Shown here: positions 20,703 through 30,679 of the stretch, in pieces
Layout: each line of letters starts with the position of its first letter
Position numbering within the stretch: the first letter of the stretch is position 1
NCBI GenBank assembly: GCA_035294265.1
Contig: DATGLK010000095.1
Span: forward strand, 64,326 to 128,325
From: Candidatus Binataceae bacterium
GTDB taxonomy: Bacteria > Desulfobacterota > Binatia > Binatales > Binataceae
DNA: 64,000 nt
Reading direction: 5' to 3'
Notes under the pieces: generated by a model
What the model was told of the DNA's origin: nothing
What the model saw: only the letters and a program-made list of their open reading frames with translations
Databases searched by the model: none
Made by a program: the position numbers and the translations under genes

Positions 20703-20929
20703 TGCTCATCTCCCGCTACGTTTTTGGCGGTCGCTGCATTTGATGACGACCGCTATTGCAGCCGCATCTTAGGATTAAACCACGCCGCGACCAAGGGCGG
20801 ATCGCTGCTGATGCTCGGGATAAGCCTGCTTTGAGAGCGAGAAAGCGCCTCTGTCAGTAGGGAGTTGCGGGCGGGCGCAAGCGTTGACGCCTTGATGCCC
20901 AACGCGCGCGCCCGCGCTGCGCAGGTGCG

Positions 20930-21397
20930 TCAGGAGCGCGGCGGTGTGAGCTGAGACTGCTGGGTCGCCATGATCAGAGAGGATGGCGCGGGGGGTGGGG
21001 GCTGGGCCTGGACTTGCGCGACGACCAGATGGGCCGGCACCACTCCATCCCGCATCAGTCGTGCTTCAATAACCTGAGCGCGCGCCCGGCTCAGGGCAGA
21101 GGCGTTATCAGCCGCGGTTTCGACATACACGCTGGCGCAGGGGTTGCTCCTCACCCAGCCCGCCGCGTCATCGAGCAACCCGCCCGCGGCGGCGGTAAGC
21201 CTGTCGCTGTTAGGCTGAAAGCTCACGCCATGCAGAATCAGGCGCGTTTTGGTCCCACTTTGACATTGAGCGCCAAGCGGCCGAGCGAAAATTTGCGCTG
21301 CCGTTTGCGCCTGTACCGGGCGACTTAAGCAAAGCGCGCCCGCGATCAGGCTTGCGGCACCGAACGAAAAAAGAGAGAAAAATCGAGGTTTGATCAT
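20930..21397 (-). CDS. OmpA-like domain protein, secreted
   Basis: Start at internal Met MIKPRFFSLFSFGAASLIAGALCL (signal); C-terminal OmpA-C-like segment (ILHGVSFQPNSDRLTAAAGGLLDDAAGWVRSNPCASVYVE...ARAQVIEARLMRDGV). Confidence 0.5.
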   Translation of the reverse strand: MIKPRFFSLFSFGAASLIAGALCLSRPVQAQTAAQIFARPLGAQCQSGTKTRLILHGVSFQPNSDRLTAAAGGLLDDAAGWVRSNPCASVYVETAADNASALSRARAQVIEARLMRDGVVPAHLVVAQVQAQPPPPAPSSLIMATQQSQLTPPRS

Positions 21398-21682
21398 TTT
21401 GAGTTTATCCTTTTGAAATACCACTCCCGGTCCAGGAGCAATTTGCATACCGCCCGCCCCTCAGTACCGAATTGTGTTTGAGTTTACGCACCGACCCACG
21501 GATCCTGAGGCCCGTAGCAAGAAGCAGAATTTTAAAGCAGCTTTGTAAAACTTACAGGCGAGCAGCCGAACGAAGCCTTGAAGCCGTTTAAATCGCCTGC
21601 TTATTGTCGGCACGCTTTTCGCTTAGCCGGCGAAACCGATTGCCAACAGGTAAAAATCGGTTGAAAAAGGAGAATTGGATCG

Positions 21683-22099
21683 ATGAAAGCGGCGTTTAGC
21701 TGGGGGCTTGCGGTGCTTTTGCTTGCGCTTTTTTGGTCTGGCACTGGCCAGGCTCAGGCGCTCACTTCGACCACCGAGGGGTTGTTGGGCGGTGGGGTTC
21801 TAGGTGCCGGAGCGGGTGCGCTGGTCGGAAGTGCGGTGGGCCATCCGCTGGGCGGTGCTTTGATTGGTGGCGGTTTAGGCGCGGCTGCGGGTGGTCTGAT
21901 TGGGCACGGCTTGCAGGTTGATCAGGAACGCAATTACCAGTTGGCTGGCGAGGTTTCGGCTGAGCAACAAGAGCTGGCCCGCCAGCGTGCGGAGATTCAT
22001 CAGCTCCAGGCCCAGGAAATCGACCGCCTGCAGGCGCAGCAGGCTCGCAGCGTTCAAATCCAACAGCAACAGATGGCGGAGAGTCTGGAAACGGAGTAG
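21683..22099 (+). CDS. Glycine-zipper (YMGG-like) small secreted protein with C-terminal coiled coil
   Basis: Signal peptide; GxxxG-rich segment GGGVLGAGAGALVGSAVGHPLGGALIGGGLGAAAGGLIGHG; Q/E-rich heptad region. Confidence 0.45.
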   Translation: MKAAFSWGLAVLLLALFWSGTGQAQALTSTTEGLLGGGVLGAGAGALVGSAVGHPLGGALIGGGLGAAAGGLIGHGLQVDQERNYQLAGEVSAEQQELARQRAEIHQLQAQEIDRLQAQQARSVQIQQQQMAESLETE

Positions 22100-22117
22100 A
22101 GGGCCTGGGTGATAGCG

Positions 22118-24430
22118 CTAAACCCAGCGTCGCGCCACCCGGGACAGTTGCTCGTCCATTTCGTTGGCGAGGACCACTAGTCGCCCGCAGGATTCGACTT
22201 GCGCCAACAAGGAAGTCTTGGCTAGCACTGGCCAAGAGTCGATTTCATTGAGACCCGGCCCCGAGAAATGGCGTTCCAATGTGGCCAAGCGCTGGACCAA
22301 TACATCAGGGGCGGGGGTTTGGGGCTTGGGAAAGTGGAGCTGGCGCGGGCCGATGATTACGCAGTCCAGGTAGCGTAGCCAATAATTCAGCCGTTCGCGC
22401 AGAGCCTCCTCGAATTCAGCCATCACAGCCATGCTCATCGAGGAGATGTTGGGATAAGCCAGCCGCCATTTGGCGAGGTCGCCTACCCGATAGCAGATGC
22501 GGCGCAGAGTGCCGCAGGCGTGGACTACCTGATCAGGATAGATTCCGCTGCGCGTCCCCTCCAGCCGGGCGTCGTCGACCACGCCCAACAATTCAACGAA
22601 TAGTCGAACCATCTCGAAGACCTTGCCTTCGATATCGGCTTCAGTGAGATGATGGGCTGCAACGTGATTGGGCAGCAATTCAAGGCTAGTCTGGAGCAAG
22701 CGGCGCACCCGCGTCACCATCGAGCGGGCGGCATAATCGGGGCTCAGGACCAGGAATACCAGCCCCACGATGGCGACCCCCAGAAACACGCCCCAGATTC
22801 GCCAAAGCGGGGTGTAAACGTTGGCGGCCGGGCTCAGCCCCACATAGGCAAGGATGAAGGTTACTCCAATCTGCTTGCCCATATATGCCAGGCGTGGGCT
22901 GGATTGGCCGGCGTAAAAGCTTCCCACTGTGCCCGCGAAGAGAGCCAGAATATATACCCCCAGGGTCTCGCTGTTGGGCGAGACCACTTGCATCGCCGCG
23001 ATCGCCAACGCTCCGCCCAGCGCCGCGCCCGCCAAGCGCAGGTTCATCTTGCGCAGAGTCGCGCCGTAACTGGGCAGCGCGCAGATCATCACCGTGAGCG
23101 ATACCGTATCCAACTCGGCATGATTGCTGGTGATGACGACGAGAAAGCCCACCGTCATCGCGGCGGCGACTTTGATCGCATGCGCCAGTTGAGCGCGATT
23201 GAGGGGAAGCAGCCGATTGACCGGTGGCCTGGCGTTTGCGCTCACGGCGATGGGCGGAGCATCGGGGGCGCGCTCAAGCAATCGCACCAACCGGCGCATA
23301 CCCACCACGAAGGCGCTGCGATTGCTGGCTTCGGGCCCCAGCCGGCGGTCGGCCAGTAGCTCTTGCTGGCTTGATAGCAACTGCTCAAGCGCCGCGGCGT
23401 CTTGGGCTACGGCTGCCGCGAGCGCCTCGTCTGGGGTACCGTCCAGCCCGCGCTCCAGATGCTCGACATGGCGTGCCATCGCGTGATCCAAAGCGTCGAG
23501 CATGGTGCGCAACTGGCCCGTCAGCGCTGTCCGCAGGTGCGTGGGCCCGGCTTCGGAGGCGATTACCAGGACCCGCTCGACCTCGATTTCCAACCGCGCC
23601 GCAAGCGTCACAGCAGCGGTCAGAATCGCTTCGCGATCGGGTGGCAGGCCCTCGCTCACCGCCGTGGCCAGCAGATTGAGATGGAGTGGCAGACGCGAGG
23701 CTACGGTGGAGCGGGGAAGCGGCTGGGCAGGGTCCAGATAATGGCGTCCGGCCAGTGCCAAGCGACCGCCCAAGCGAGCCAAGTCCCGCGCCAGGACCGC
23801 AAGCAAAGTCCGCTGTGCCGATACTGGCCATAGCCATTGATCGCATAGCAGCAGGAGGGCGAAGGAGACCAAGCCGCCGGCCAGGGTGTAGGCAACCGCC
23901 CAGCCACTGTTGGTTGGGTTGAAGACCATCAGAAAGAAGGTATTGAGGAAGGAGATTTCAACGTAAAGCCACTTGCCCGCCGACAGTGGTCCCATCATCG
24001 CGTAACTGAGGATCACGGCTATCAGGGCAAAGAAGGCGACCATCAGCCATGGCGCCTCGACCAGCACCCCGATAATCGGCAGTGAGGAGCCGGCTGCCAG
24101 CGCCTGGCTGACGCTTAAAATTGCCGCGCTGCTGGCCGTCATTGCCGCGGGGCTGCCCACCAGTCCGTTGAGAATATATGGACCGTTGGGGCCGTCGATG
24201 CCCATCGCAGCCATTAGACCCGCCCCCAGCGCGAGGATAACCGCGCTGCGCAGCGCCGCTGTAAGCCGCCCCGGGCTTGGGCGCAACTCCTCGGCCAGCA
24301 GGTGCTCGAATCCGCGCAACGTCCGGCAAAGGCCACGCCATTGTAGCGCCAAAAGGCGGCGCAGCCGCCGTCCGGCGCGGATAACGGGCGGGAGTGAAAG
24401 GGGCGTGGTTTGCGCGGGCGAAGAGTTCAC
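22118..24430 (-). CDS. FUSC family membrane protein (fusaric acid resistance / aromatic acid exporter-like, YccS/YhfK type)
   Basis: 770 aa; two multi-TM blocks separated by a long cytoplasmic helical region, typical of FUSC. Confidence 0.55.
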   Translation of the reverse strand: MNSSPAQTTPLSLPPVIRAGRRLRRLLALQWRGLCRTLRGFEHLLAEELRPSPGRLTAALRSAVILALGAGLMAAMGIDGPNGPYILNGLVGSPAAMTASSAAILSVSQALAAGSSLPIIGVLVEAPWLMVAFFALIAVILSYAMMGPLSAGKWLYVEISFLNTFFLMVFNPTNSGWAVAYTLAGGLVSFALLLLCDQWLWPVSAQRTLLAVLARDLARLGGRLALAGRHYLDPAQPLPRSTVASRLPLHLNLLATAVSEGLPPDREAILTAAVTLAARLEIEVERVLVIASEAGPTHLRTALTGQLRTMLDALDHAMARHVEHLERGLDGTPDEALAAAVAQDAAALEQLLSSQQELLADRRLGPEASNRSAFVVGMRRLVRLLERAPDAPPIAVSANARPPVNRLLPLNRAQLAHAIKVAAAMTVGFLVVITSNHAELDTVSLTVMICALPSYGATLRKMNLRLAGAALGGALAIAAMQVVSPNSETLGVYILALFAGTVGSFYAGQSSPRLAYMGKQIGVTFILAYVGLSPAANVYTPLWRIWGVFLGVAIVGLVFLVLSPDYAARSMVTRVRRLLQTSLELLPNHVAAHHLTEADIEGKVFEMVRLFVELLGVVDDARLEGTRSGIYPDQVVHACGTLRRICYRVGDLAKWRLAYPNISSMSMAVMAEFEEALRERLNYWLRYLDCVIIGPRQLHFPKPQTPAPDVLVQRLATLERHFSGPGLNEIDSWPVLAKTSLLAQVESCGRLVVLANEMDEQLSRVARRWV

Positions 24431-24557
24431 CTGCTGATTTCGCTCTTGATGTCTGTCATGCGCTATCTGCTGTAATCGAATTGTATCGAAATCAACCTAT
24501 TGTCGTCTAAATGACTCGGGCGGTAACGAACCCCAGGGGAAAAAGGAACCCTCGACC

Positions 24558-24881
24558 ATGCACCGACGGATACTGGGCGCAATACTCGCGCTGGGATTGA
24601 TTGCCACCTTTTGTGCTCACGCGCGCGCGGCCAATAGCGGCCTGAGCGTGCTTTACACTACTCAATCGACGGCACCGATCAGCTCGCAAGCGGTGCCATG
24701 GTTCCAGATCGTCAACGCGGGTACCAGTCCCATCAATCTAAGCCAGGTGACGATTCGTTATTGGCTGACCAACGCCCAAGGTATGGCGCAGCAATTCAAT
24801 TGCGATTGGGCGCAAGTGGGATGCGGCAATTTGAGCGGCCGCTTCGTGCCGTTGGCCCAACGATTGTCCTCGCCTGAGTGA
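24558..24881 (+). CDS. Truncated CBM3-like (cellulose-binding module family 3-like) secreted protein
   Basis: Signal peptide; LSVLYTTQS...PWFQIVNAGTSPINLSQVTIRYWLTNAQGMAQQFNCDWAQVGCGNLSGRF resembles CBM3 core (RYY..dg....F.CDhA) but lacks the C-terminal ~70 aa. Confidence 0.4.
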   Translation: MHRRILGAILALGLIATFCAHARAANSGLSVLYTTQSTAPISSQAVPWFQIVNAGTSPINLSQVTIRYWLTNAQGMAQQFNCDWAQVGCGNLSGRFVPLAQRLSSPE

Positions 24882-24885
24882 GCTC

Positions 24886-25041
24886 ATGTGGAAGTATCGG
24901 GACCTGCCGATGGATTTAGCCGACGCGGCTTTGGTCCGGATCGCTGAGCGCGAAAAAATCCGCCGGATCTTCACCGTGGACAGAAGAGACTTTGGGCTCT
25001 ATCGGCCATACCGCCTGGGGCGTTTCGAGATTCTTCCGTAA
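24886..25041 (+). pseudogene. Remnant of PIN-domain (VapC-like) toxin gene, C-terminal 51 codons only
   Basis: MWKYRDLPMDLADAALVRIAEREKIRRIFTVDRRDFGLYRPYRLGRFEILP matches the C-terminal DxxxAAxA....L.T.D.DF segment of PIN domains; no N-terminal part present; abuts truncated CBM3-like ORF. Confidence 0.3.
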
Positions 25042-25074
25042 CTCGGAACAATCCGCGTACCAGCGGGCGCCGGA

Positions 25075-25974
25075 TCACCCCGGCAGGATGGCGACGACCT
25101 GGTCGTAGGGCACGTCATGGTCCAGGATTCCCATCTCGATCGCGAAGCGATTCATCCCGCTGACGGTTTGCGGCGAAATCGCGGGGTCGTAAAAGGGCAG
25201 GTCGCGGCGAACCAGCTCGGCGATAAGCTCGGCCTCTTGAGGTGGGAATAGCTTGCGACCGATTTCGCTTGCGCAGGTGTAATCGGCGCGCAGCGCGGCC
25301 TGGGCGGCGGCGATCGCGCGGCGCGCGCCGGCCGCATCGCGCGTGCTCAGACGCTCGGCCGCGGCTAGCGCGGCGAAGGTGTAATGGAACGCGGCGGGCG
25401 GGCCGTCACCGCGGCGGACGTCGAGCACTACGCTGCCCACCCCGCGCCGCACTGCGACCTCGGCGCCCATTCCGTTGGCCCAAAAGCCATCGATCTGTCT
25501 CGCTTCCAGAGCCCGCGCCGCGGTCAGGCCGAAATTGACCCCCGCTCCCTGCGCACCCGGCACCGGCGCAATCCGCACCGCGTTGCTCTCGGGCTCGATG
25601 CCGGCCTCGCTTAGCAAGCGGCGCAGCCCCATTTCCACCCAAGGCGCGGCGCCGATGCGGCGCCCTTTGACGATGCTCAAATCGCCGCGCACTGGATTGA
25701 GATCGCGCCGCATCACCAGGAACCAGTACATTCCCTGGGCTTGCGCGCATAAAAGTTTGACCCCCTCCCAGCGGGGAAAGGCGGCCAGGGCGGAATGGGC
25801 CGAGCCGCCGACGAAATCCACCGTGCCTTCGCGTAAGGCAGCATAGGCTCGGTCCACCGGAAAGATCAGCTCCAGACTTACGTCCATGTCTTCGCGTGCG
25901 AACAGCCCCATTTCCACCGCCGCTACCGCGGGAAAATACGAATTCGAAATCAGATCGGGAACCGCAAGTTTCAT
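25075..25974 (-). CDS. NMT1/THI5-like domain protein (NitT/TauT-type substrate-binding fold, no signal peptide)
   Basis: 299 aa; periplasmic-binding-protein type 2 fold similarity of nitrate/sulfonate/bicarbonate family; N-terminus MKLAVPDLISNSYFP lacks signal peptide. Confidence 0.5.
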   Translation of the reverse strand: MKLAVPDLISNSYFPAVAAVEMGLFAREDMDVSLELIFPVDRAYAALREGTVDFVGGSAHSALAAFPRWEGVKLLCAQAQGMYWFLVMRRDLNPVRGDLSIVKGRRIGAAPWVEMGLRRLLSEAGIEPESNAVRIAPVPGAQGAGVNFGLTAARALEARQIDGFWANGMGAEVAVRRGVGSVVLDVRRGDGPPAAFHYTFAALAAAERLSTRDAAGARRAIAAAQAALRADYTCASEIGRKLFPPQEAELIAELVRRDLPFYDPAISPQTVSGMNRFAIEMGILDHDVPYDQVVAILPG

Positions 25975-25978
25975 GATG

Positions 25979-26275
25979 CTACGACGCTTGAGCTGCCTGC
26001 GCCGATCGCTCGATGGCGGCCGCCAGGGCCAGGTCTTTGTCGGTAACCCCGCCTTCGCTGTGGGTGGAGCAGGTGAAGGTGACGCGATTGTAGTTGATCA
26101 GGATATCGGGATGATGGTCGGCGGCTTCGGCCTGCCAAGCGACCCAGTTGACCAGTGCCATCGCCGCTGCAAAACCGGAGCAACGGAACTGTTTGGCGAT
26201 GGCGCCGTCGTGCAACTTCCAGCCCGGGAGCGCGTTTAGACCGCGCTCGATCGCTTCGTTACTGAGCTGTGCCAT
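25979..26275 (-). CDS. 4a-hydroxytetrahydrobiopterin dehydratase (pterin-4-alpha-carbinolamine dehydratase)
   Basis: 98 aa; signature EAADHHPDILINYNRVTFTCSTH (E-x-x-x-HHP-x-[IL]) and overall PCD length. Confidence 0.7.
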   Translation of the reverse strand: MAQLSNEAIERGLNALPGWKLHDGAIAKQFRCSGFAAAMALVNWVAWQAEAADHHPDILINYNRVTFTCSTHSEGGVTDKDLALAAAIERSAQAAQAS

Positions 26276-26393
26276 GGCAGGTTTTACCTCCGTCCAGAGG
26301 TTACACCTTCAGGCTCAGCGGTGCGACGATAGTCCCTTTCCTCAGCGGGCCGTAAATCGAGCCGGCTGACGAAGGCCAGGGAGCTGGGCCGAA

Positions 26394-27818
26394 TTATTCG
26401 GCGCAACAGCTAAGTTTAGTTATGTCTTTGGTAAACGATAATGCGACGATCTTCAGCGCCTCGGACATGGTTGGATAGATGTGCAGCATGCCAACGAAGT
26501 CCTCGACCTTCGCCCCAAAGCGGATTCCCATCGCGGCTTCGTGGATTACTTCCGCCGCGTCCATGCCCAGCATCGAGACGCCCAGAACCTTGCCGCTGTC
26601 GCGCTCGGCGACCATCTTGATAACGCCGCGCGGATTGCGCACCGCCTGCGCACGTGGCACTTGCTCCATATCGACGGTACGGCAGGCGCATCGATAACCT
26701 CGCTCGACCGCTTCCTTGTCGGTCAGTCCGACCACGGCTACCTCGGGGTCGGTGAAGATGGCGCGCGGGATCACCCGATGGTCAACCTTGCGATGCGCCC
26801 CACCGAGCGCGTTAAGCGCCGCGATACCACCATCCTGGGCTCCTACCGGCGTCGCCATCTGGCTCTCCGTGTTAGAGCCGACTACATCCCCGGCGGCCCA
26901 AACGTGCGCAGCCGTCGTCTCCAACTCGTCGTTGACAATGATCGCAGCGCGCTGGTCGGTGCCCACTCCCGCCACGTCTAAGCCCAGCCCTTCAGTATTA
27001 GGAACTCGGCCCGTGGCAACAAGCAAGTGCGACGAGTGCAGGGCGCTTGAAGCATTTCCAGCTATCTCAACCAAGACACCTTCGCGATCTCTACGGACCG
27101 CCACCGCCTTGGTCCCGGTCAGGAGCGTGATTCCTTCCTCGCGCAGAACCTCGCCGAGCGTAACACCGACTTCAGGTTCATGGTTGGGCAGGATTCGCTC
27201 GCTTGGTTCGAGGATGGTCACTCGCGTGCCAAGCCGGTGAAAGAATTGCCCCAATTCGAGCGCGATATAGCCGCCACCCACAATCGTGAGCGACTCCGGC
27301 TGCTCCTTGAGTTCCATGGTTTCGTGGCTAGTCAGCAGATCGCTGGTCATGAACGGAACCTCGTCGAGGCCCTCTAGCGGTGGAATGAAAGGCCGTGATC
27401 CCGTCGCCACCAGAAAGCGTTCCGCTTCCAAGCGAACATCGCCCACCTGAACGGCGTTGCGATCGATAAACCGCGCCATTCCTTCGTATACGCTTATGCG
27501 ATCGCCGACGATGCTCTGGTATTTCTTCTCGCGATAGTAGGCGATCACCTCGTCTTTCTGGCCAACCAATTCCGCAAAGTTGACCTTAAGCCGCGCCGAC
27601 TTAATTCCCGGATAGCGCGGATGTTGCGCTTCATAAATGATGCTCGCCGCCGCGATCAGGTTTTTCGACGGGAGGCATCCGCGATTGACACAAGTACCGC
27701 CGAGGGTGCGGTTTTCCGTCATCGCAGCGGTCTTGCCGAGTTCCGCGGCACGGATGGCCGCGGCAAAAGCAGTTGCCCCCGAACCTAAAATGACCAAATC
27801 GAAGCGTCGCCTTTCCAT
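26394..27818 (-). CDS. merA: Mercuric reductase core (MerA without N-terminal NmerA domain)
   Basis: 474 aa; redox-active [19 protein letters not shown](P) Rossmann motifs; C-terminal vicinal cysteine dyad KLSCCAE diagnostic for MerA within this flavoenzyme family. Confidence 0.7.
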   Translation of the reverse strand: MERRRFDLVILGSGATAFAAAIRAAELGKTAAMTENRTLGGTCVNRGCLPSKNLIAAASIIYEAQHPRYPGIKSARLKVNFAELVGQKDEVIAYYREKKYQSIVGDRISVYEGMARFIDRNAVQVGDVRLEAERFLVATGSRPFIPPLEGLDEVPFMTSDLLTSHETMELKEQPESLTIVGGGYIALELGQFFHRLGTRVTILEPSERILPNHEPEVGVTLGEVLREEGITLLTGTKAVAVRRDREGVLVEIAGNASSALHSSHLLVATGRVPNTEGLGLDVAGVGTDQRAAIIVNDELETTAAHVWAAGDVVGSNTESQMATPVGAQDGGIAALNALGGAHRKVDHRVIPRAIFTDPEVAVVGLTDKEAVERGYRCACRTVDMEQVPRAQAVRNPRGVIKMVAERDSGKVLGVSMLGMDAAEVIHEAAMGIRFGAKVEDFVGMLHIYPTMSEALKIVALSFTKDITKLSCCAE

Positions 27819-27885
27819 AAGTCTAAAATCCTTTTCAGCTAAGAGCGCAGTTCCAGTGAAGAGATACGAGCGCGCGCCGGCTGTC

Positions 27886-28245
27886 CTATGCTGCCCACTC
27901 CCGCCTCGTTTGAAGGGCCAAGTCGACCAAGGGTGCCGCTATGAGCAGGGCAATCCCCGGATAGGCGAGGGGATGCGAAAAGAACATTCCCGCCACCAGC
28001 AATATCGCGCCAGCCACGCCAATCCATAGCGCATAGGGACGGTGATGGCGCTGGAACGAACGCCACAAGCCCCACACGGTGAATGCCAGGAAAATGATCA
28101 GGAGCGGAAGTAGGATCGAGTCGCGGATTATAAAGCCCGCGCCGATTGCACTGACCAGCTCTATCAGCCAAGAGAAGCCGAGACAGCAAGCTGAAGCAAA
28201 GATCGCTCCAAGCGGTCCCCATTTTTCAGCATGAAACGATTTCAA
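27886..28245 (-). CDS. merT: MerT-like mercuric ion transporter (paralog 1)
   Basis: 119 aa, 3 TM; first TM carries vicinal Cys motif [11 protein letters not shown] matching MerT LASACCLGPLVL. Confidence 0.55.
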   Translation of the reverse strand: MKSFHAEKWGPLGAIFASACCLGFSWLIELVSAIGAGFIIRDSILLPLLIIFLAFTVWGLWRSFQRHHRPYALWIGVAGAILLVAGMFFSHPLAYPGIALLIAAPLVDLALQTRREWAA

Positions 28246-28301
28246 GCGTCCTCTCCCATAAGACCGTCAAACTCGGACTGTGGGTGCGGGAATCGGCACG
28301 G

Positions 28302-28676
28302 TCAGGGCGTGCCGGGCGCGTGGTGGCGCGTGTGTTCAATGTTGAGCTGAGTGTAAAACGACGCCGCTATCAGCAACGCCATCCCTGCGTAGGCTGCGCG
28401 TTGGTCAAAGACCAGACCGACCACCAGCAGTACGGCGCCGGTTAGGCTTATCCAGAGGTGCGTCTTCGAGTGGCTCTCGCAGGAATAACGCCACGAACCT
28501 ACGAGTGCGAAGCTCAGGCACACAGCCAGGAATGGAGCGAGAAAAACGTAGTGAACAAGAAACCCCACTCCAACGGTAGTGAGGATGCCTGTGAGCCACG
28601 ATGCGCCAAGACAACATGCCGCTGCCACGACCGCTCCGAGCGGACCCCATTTTGCCAGCGTCACCGGCGGTATCAC
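28302..28676 (-). CDS. merT: MerT-like mercuric ion transporter (paralog 2)
   Basis: 124 aa, 3 TM; AAACCLGASWL vicinal Cys motif in TM1. Confidence 0.55.
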   Translation of the reverse strand: MIPPVTLAKWGPLGAVVAAACCLGASWLTGILTTVGVGFLVHYVFLAPFLAVCLSFALVGSWRYSCESHSKTHLWISLTGAVLLVVGLVFDQRAAYAGMALLIAASFYTQLNIEHTRHHAPGTP

Positions 28677-28892
28677 GGGTCAACTCCAGTCCCTTCAAGC
28701 CACCACTGGTAATAACAAGTGCGGCAGTGAGCTGGCGGCTCGCAAACTCCGTCACGAAGCAGGCAGCCAAGTCCGCCTTCAAGGTCTCGCCCGCCGCACA
28801 ACGCACAACGCTCGCGGCGTATCCGCCGTTCAGCAGCTGCAAGTGCGTTGCCGTTTTCGAGCTGAGTGGCCATGGTCAGCGGCTCGCTGGAA

Positions 28893-29138
28893 TCAGACCT
28901 TCAGGTTGTGAGGTTGTTTCGGTGCCGCTTCGTTATCGACTCGATCGCGGCGACGATACAGCCACACGCCCAGAACAGCGGCGCCTAAGGCCAGTATGCT
29001 GAGAATGCCGCCAGTTCCCAAAGACGACCCCGCGTAACCTGCAAGCGAACAAATTGCGTCGCCGCAGGGATCGGCCAACGCAGTTGACGCAAGCAACACC
29101 GAAAATGACGCCGACATGACCGAAATTGCGTATCTCAT
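28893..29138 (-). CDS. Small secreted/membrane-anchored protein with CxxxxC pair
   Basis: 81 aa; signal peptide MRYAISVMSASFSVLLASTALA, DPCGDAIC, C-terminal TM ILSILALGAAVLGVWLY followed by RRRDR. Confidence 0.35.
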   Translation of the reverse strand: MRYAISVMSASFSVLLASTALADPCGDAICSLAGYAGSSLGTGGILSILALGAAVLGVWLYRRRDRVDNEAAPKQPHNLKV

Positions 29139-29185
29139 ATAATCATCTCACAATCGATCTATCGCTCGGCGGCCTGTCGCTCCGG

Positions 29186-30082
29186 TTACGCCTCGCGACT
29201 AACGCCGACTTGAAGTAAGTGACGATAGAGCACGGCTCCGGCCAGTGAACCGACCGAGCCGCCAGCAAGCGAGCCAACAACCGAGCCGAAAATCCAGCTC
29301 AGGCTTATGCCCACCGAGAACGCCCCACACTGGAGTACAATCGCCGGCAGAGTTAGGAGGACAAATACCCCGGCAGCCATCAGGCCCAGCACGACGGGGT
29401 GCCTCGGCGCCTTGATACCAACGATCGCGGTGGCAATCAGAAGCGGAGCCAGCGAATAAAGGCTCCCGAGCAGAAAGTACAAGGTCTGGCTTTGCACGCC
29501 TGCGAAGAGGTGGCGCACGCCTGGACTCATCTGGCAGTAATCCAACGCCTGGCCGATCGAGCAAGATCTGGTCAATGCCAGCGAAAGCCCCATCGCCAGC
29601 AACCCCGCGATACCGACCCATCGCGCGGCAATGCCATAGCGCGGCACTCCGCCGCCGCGCATCGCCAAAAGCACCGCAGCGGCGTACAAGGCAGCCCACG
29701 CCGCACCCATGCTCAGCAGCACTTGCGGTGAGAAGACCGTCAAATCGCTCTTTTGCCCAAGAACCCAGACTGAGGCAACTGAAAAGACCAGCCCCATTGT
29801 CACGCTCACGAGCGTCGATTTGCCCATCCGGGCGCTCTCGAGGTTCGCCTGTTCTCGCTCCAGCTCGTCCAGAACCCGCGTACGGGTTGTTTCCAAAAGC
29901 CTCGCGGGGACCTCCTCTTCGGAAAGCCCGCCCAGCGCGCGCCAGGTAAGCTTCATCTCTTGCCACGCCTGGCGGCAATTAGCGCATCCGCGCAGATGGA
30001 CCTGAAGTTTCGCCGGCATCTGAAGATTGCCATCGGCCAACGCGTTGGCCAGTTCGGTTTGAGTCTGTTCGCAGCTATTCAT
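29186..30082 (-). CDS. Anti-sigma factor, zf-HC2 type N-terminus with six-TM C-terminal domain
   Basis: N-terminal HLRGCANCRQ (H-x3-C-x2-C zinc finger typical of ECF anti-sigma factors); six hydrophobic segments downstream; 8-bp overlap with sigma factor gene. Confidence 0.6.
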   Translation of the reverse strand: MNSCEQTQTELANALADGNLQMPAKLQVHLRGCANCRQAWQEMKLTWRALGGLSEEEVPARLLETTRTRVLDELEREQANLESARMGKSTLVSVTMGLVFSVASVWVLGQKSDLTVFSPQVLLSMGAAWAALYAAAVLLAMRGGGVPRYGIAARWVGIAGLLAMGLSLALTRSCSIGQALDYCQMSPGVRHLFAGVQSQTLYFLLGSLYSLAPLLIATAIVGIKAPRHPVVLGLMAAGVFVLLTLPAIVLQCGAFSVGISLSWIFGSVVGSLAGGSVGSLAGAVLYRHLLQVGVSREA

Positions 30083-30656
30083 TGCCAGATTGACCCGCAG
30101 CTTTGTCTGGAGCGCAAAGGGCGGCGCGGAGTTGCGCCAGCGCGCGGAAAAGCCGCACCTTCACCGCTCCTTCGGAAATGCCAAGCGCCAAGGCAATTTC
30201 ACGCCCGTTGAGCCCTTGATATCGGCTGAGCAGCAGCACCTCCCGCAGGCCCTGCGGCAGTCGCAAAATTGCCGCTTGTAGCACCCTGCTGGTTTCGGTG
30301 GCCTCGGTCAGAGCCATCGGATCGGTATCCACGATCCGATGGTCTGCCGGAATCACGTCGATTGCTTCCTGGTCCATGGTCGTTTGCCGCCGGTGTTCAA
30401 CCCGGCTCTTTTCGTCTCTCAGCAGGTTGGCCGCGATAGTGAACAGAAAGGCCTTGAAAGTTCCCGCAACATAGTTCTTTCGCGCCTGGTGCAGGCGCAG
30501 GAACGTGGCTTGAAAGAGATCCTCCGCCATCGCGCGATCCCCGCTTGCACGGAGCAGAAAGTTGAACAGCCTGGTGCCATATCTCTTGAAGAGCTCGTCG
30601 AAAGCGCGGCCATCTCCGCCGGCGTATGCGAGCATCAAGTCCTCATCGTTCCGCAC
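30075..30656 (-). CDS. RNA polymerase ECF-type sigma-70 factor
   Basis: 193 aa; sigma-70 region 2 (FDELFKRYGTRLFNFLLR...DLFQATFLRL) and region 4 HTH (REIALALGISEGAVKVRLFRA). Confidence 0.8.
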   Translation of the reverse strand: MRNDEDLMLAYAGGDGRAFDELFKRYGTRLFNFLLRASGDRAMAEDLFQATFLRLHQARKNYVAGTFKAFLFTIAANLLRDEKSRVEHRRQTTMDQEAIDVIPADHRIVDTDPMALTEATETSRVLQAAILRLPQGLREVLLLSRYQGLNGREIALALGISEGAVKVRLFRALAQLRAALCAPDKAAGQSGNE

Positions 30657-30679
30657 GCTCCCTCCGCTCCTGCACCCCT

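Noticed and set aside
20930-21448. OmpA-like assignment as a full OmpA porin
   Set aside because: Only ~170 aa with no N-terminal beta-barrel; at most an OmpA-C-like peptidoglycan-associating domain protein, assignment kept at moderate confidence
28601-29002. Cys-containing ORFs 28601..29002 (+) and 28673..28873 (-) between merT paralog 2 and the small Cys protein
   Set aside because: Arg-rich, no signal peptide or motif, overlap the candidate minus-strand promoter region; likely non-coding
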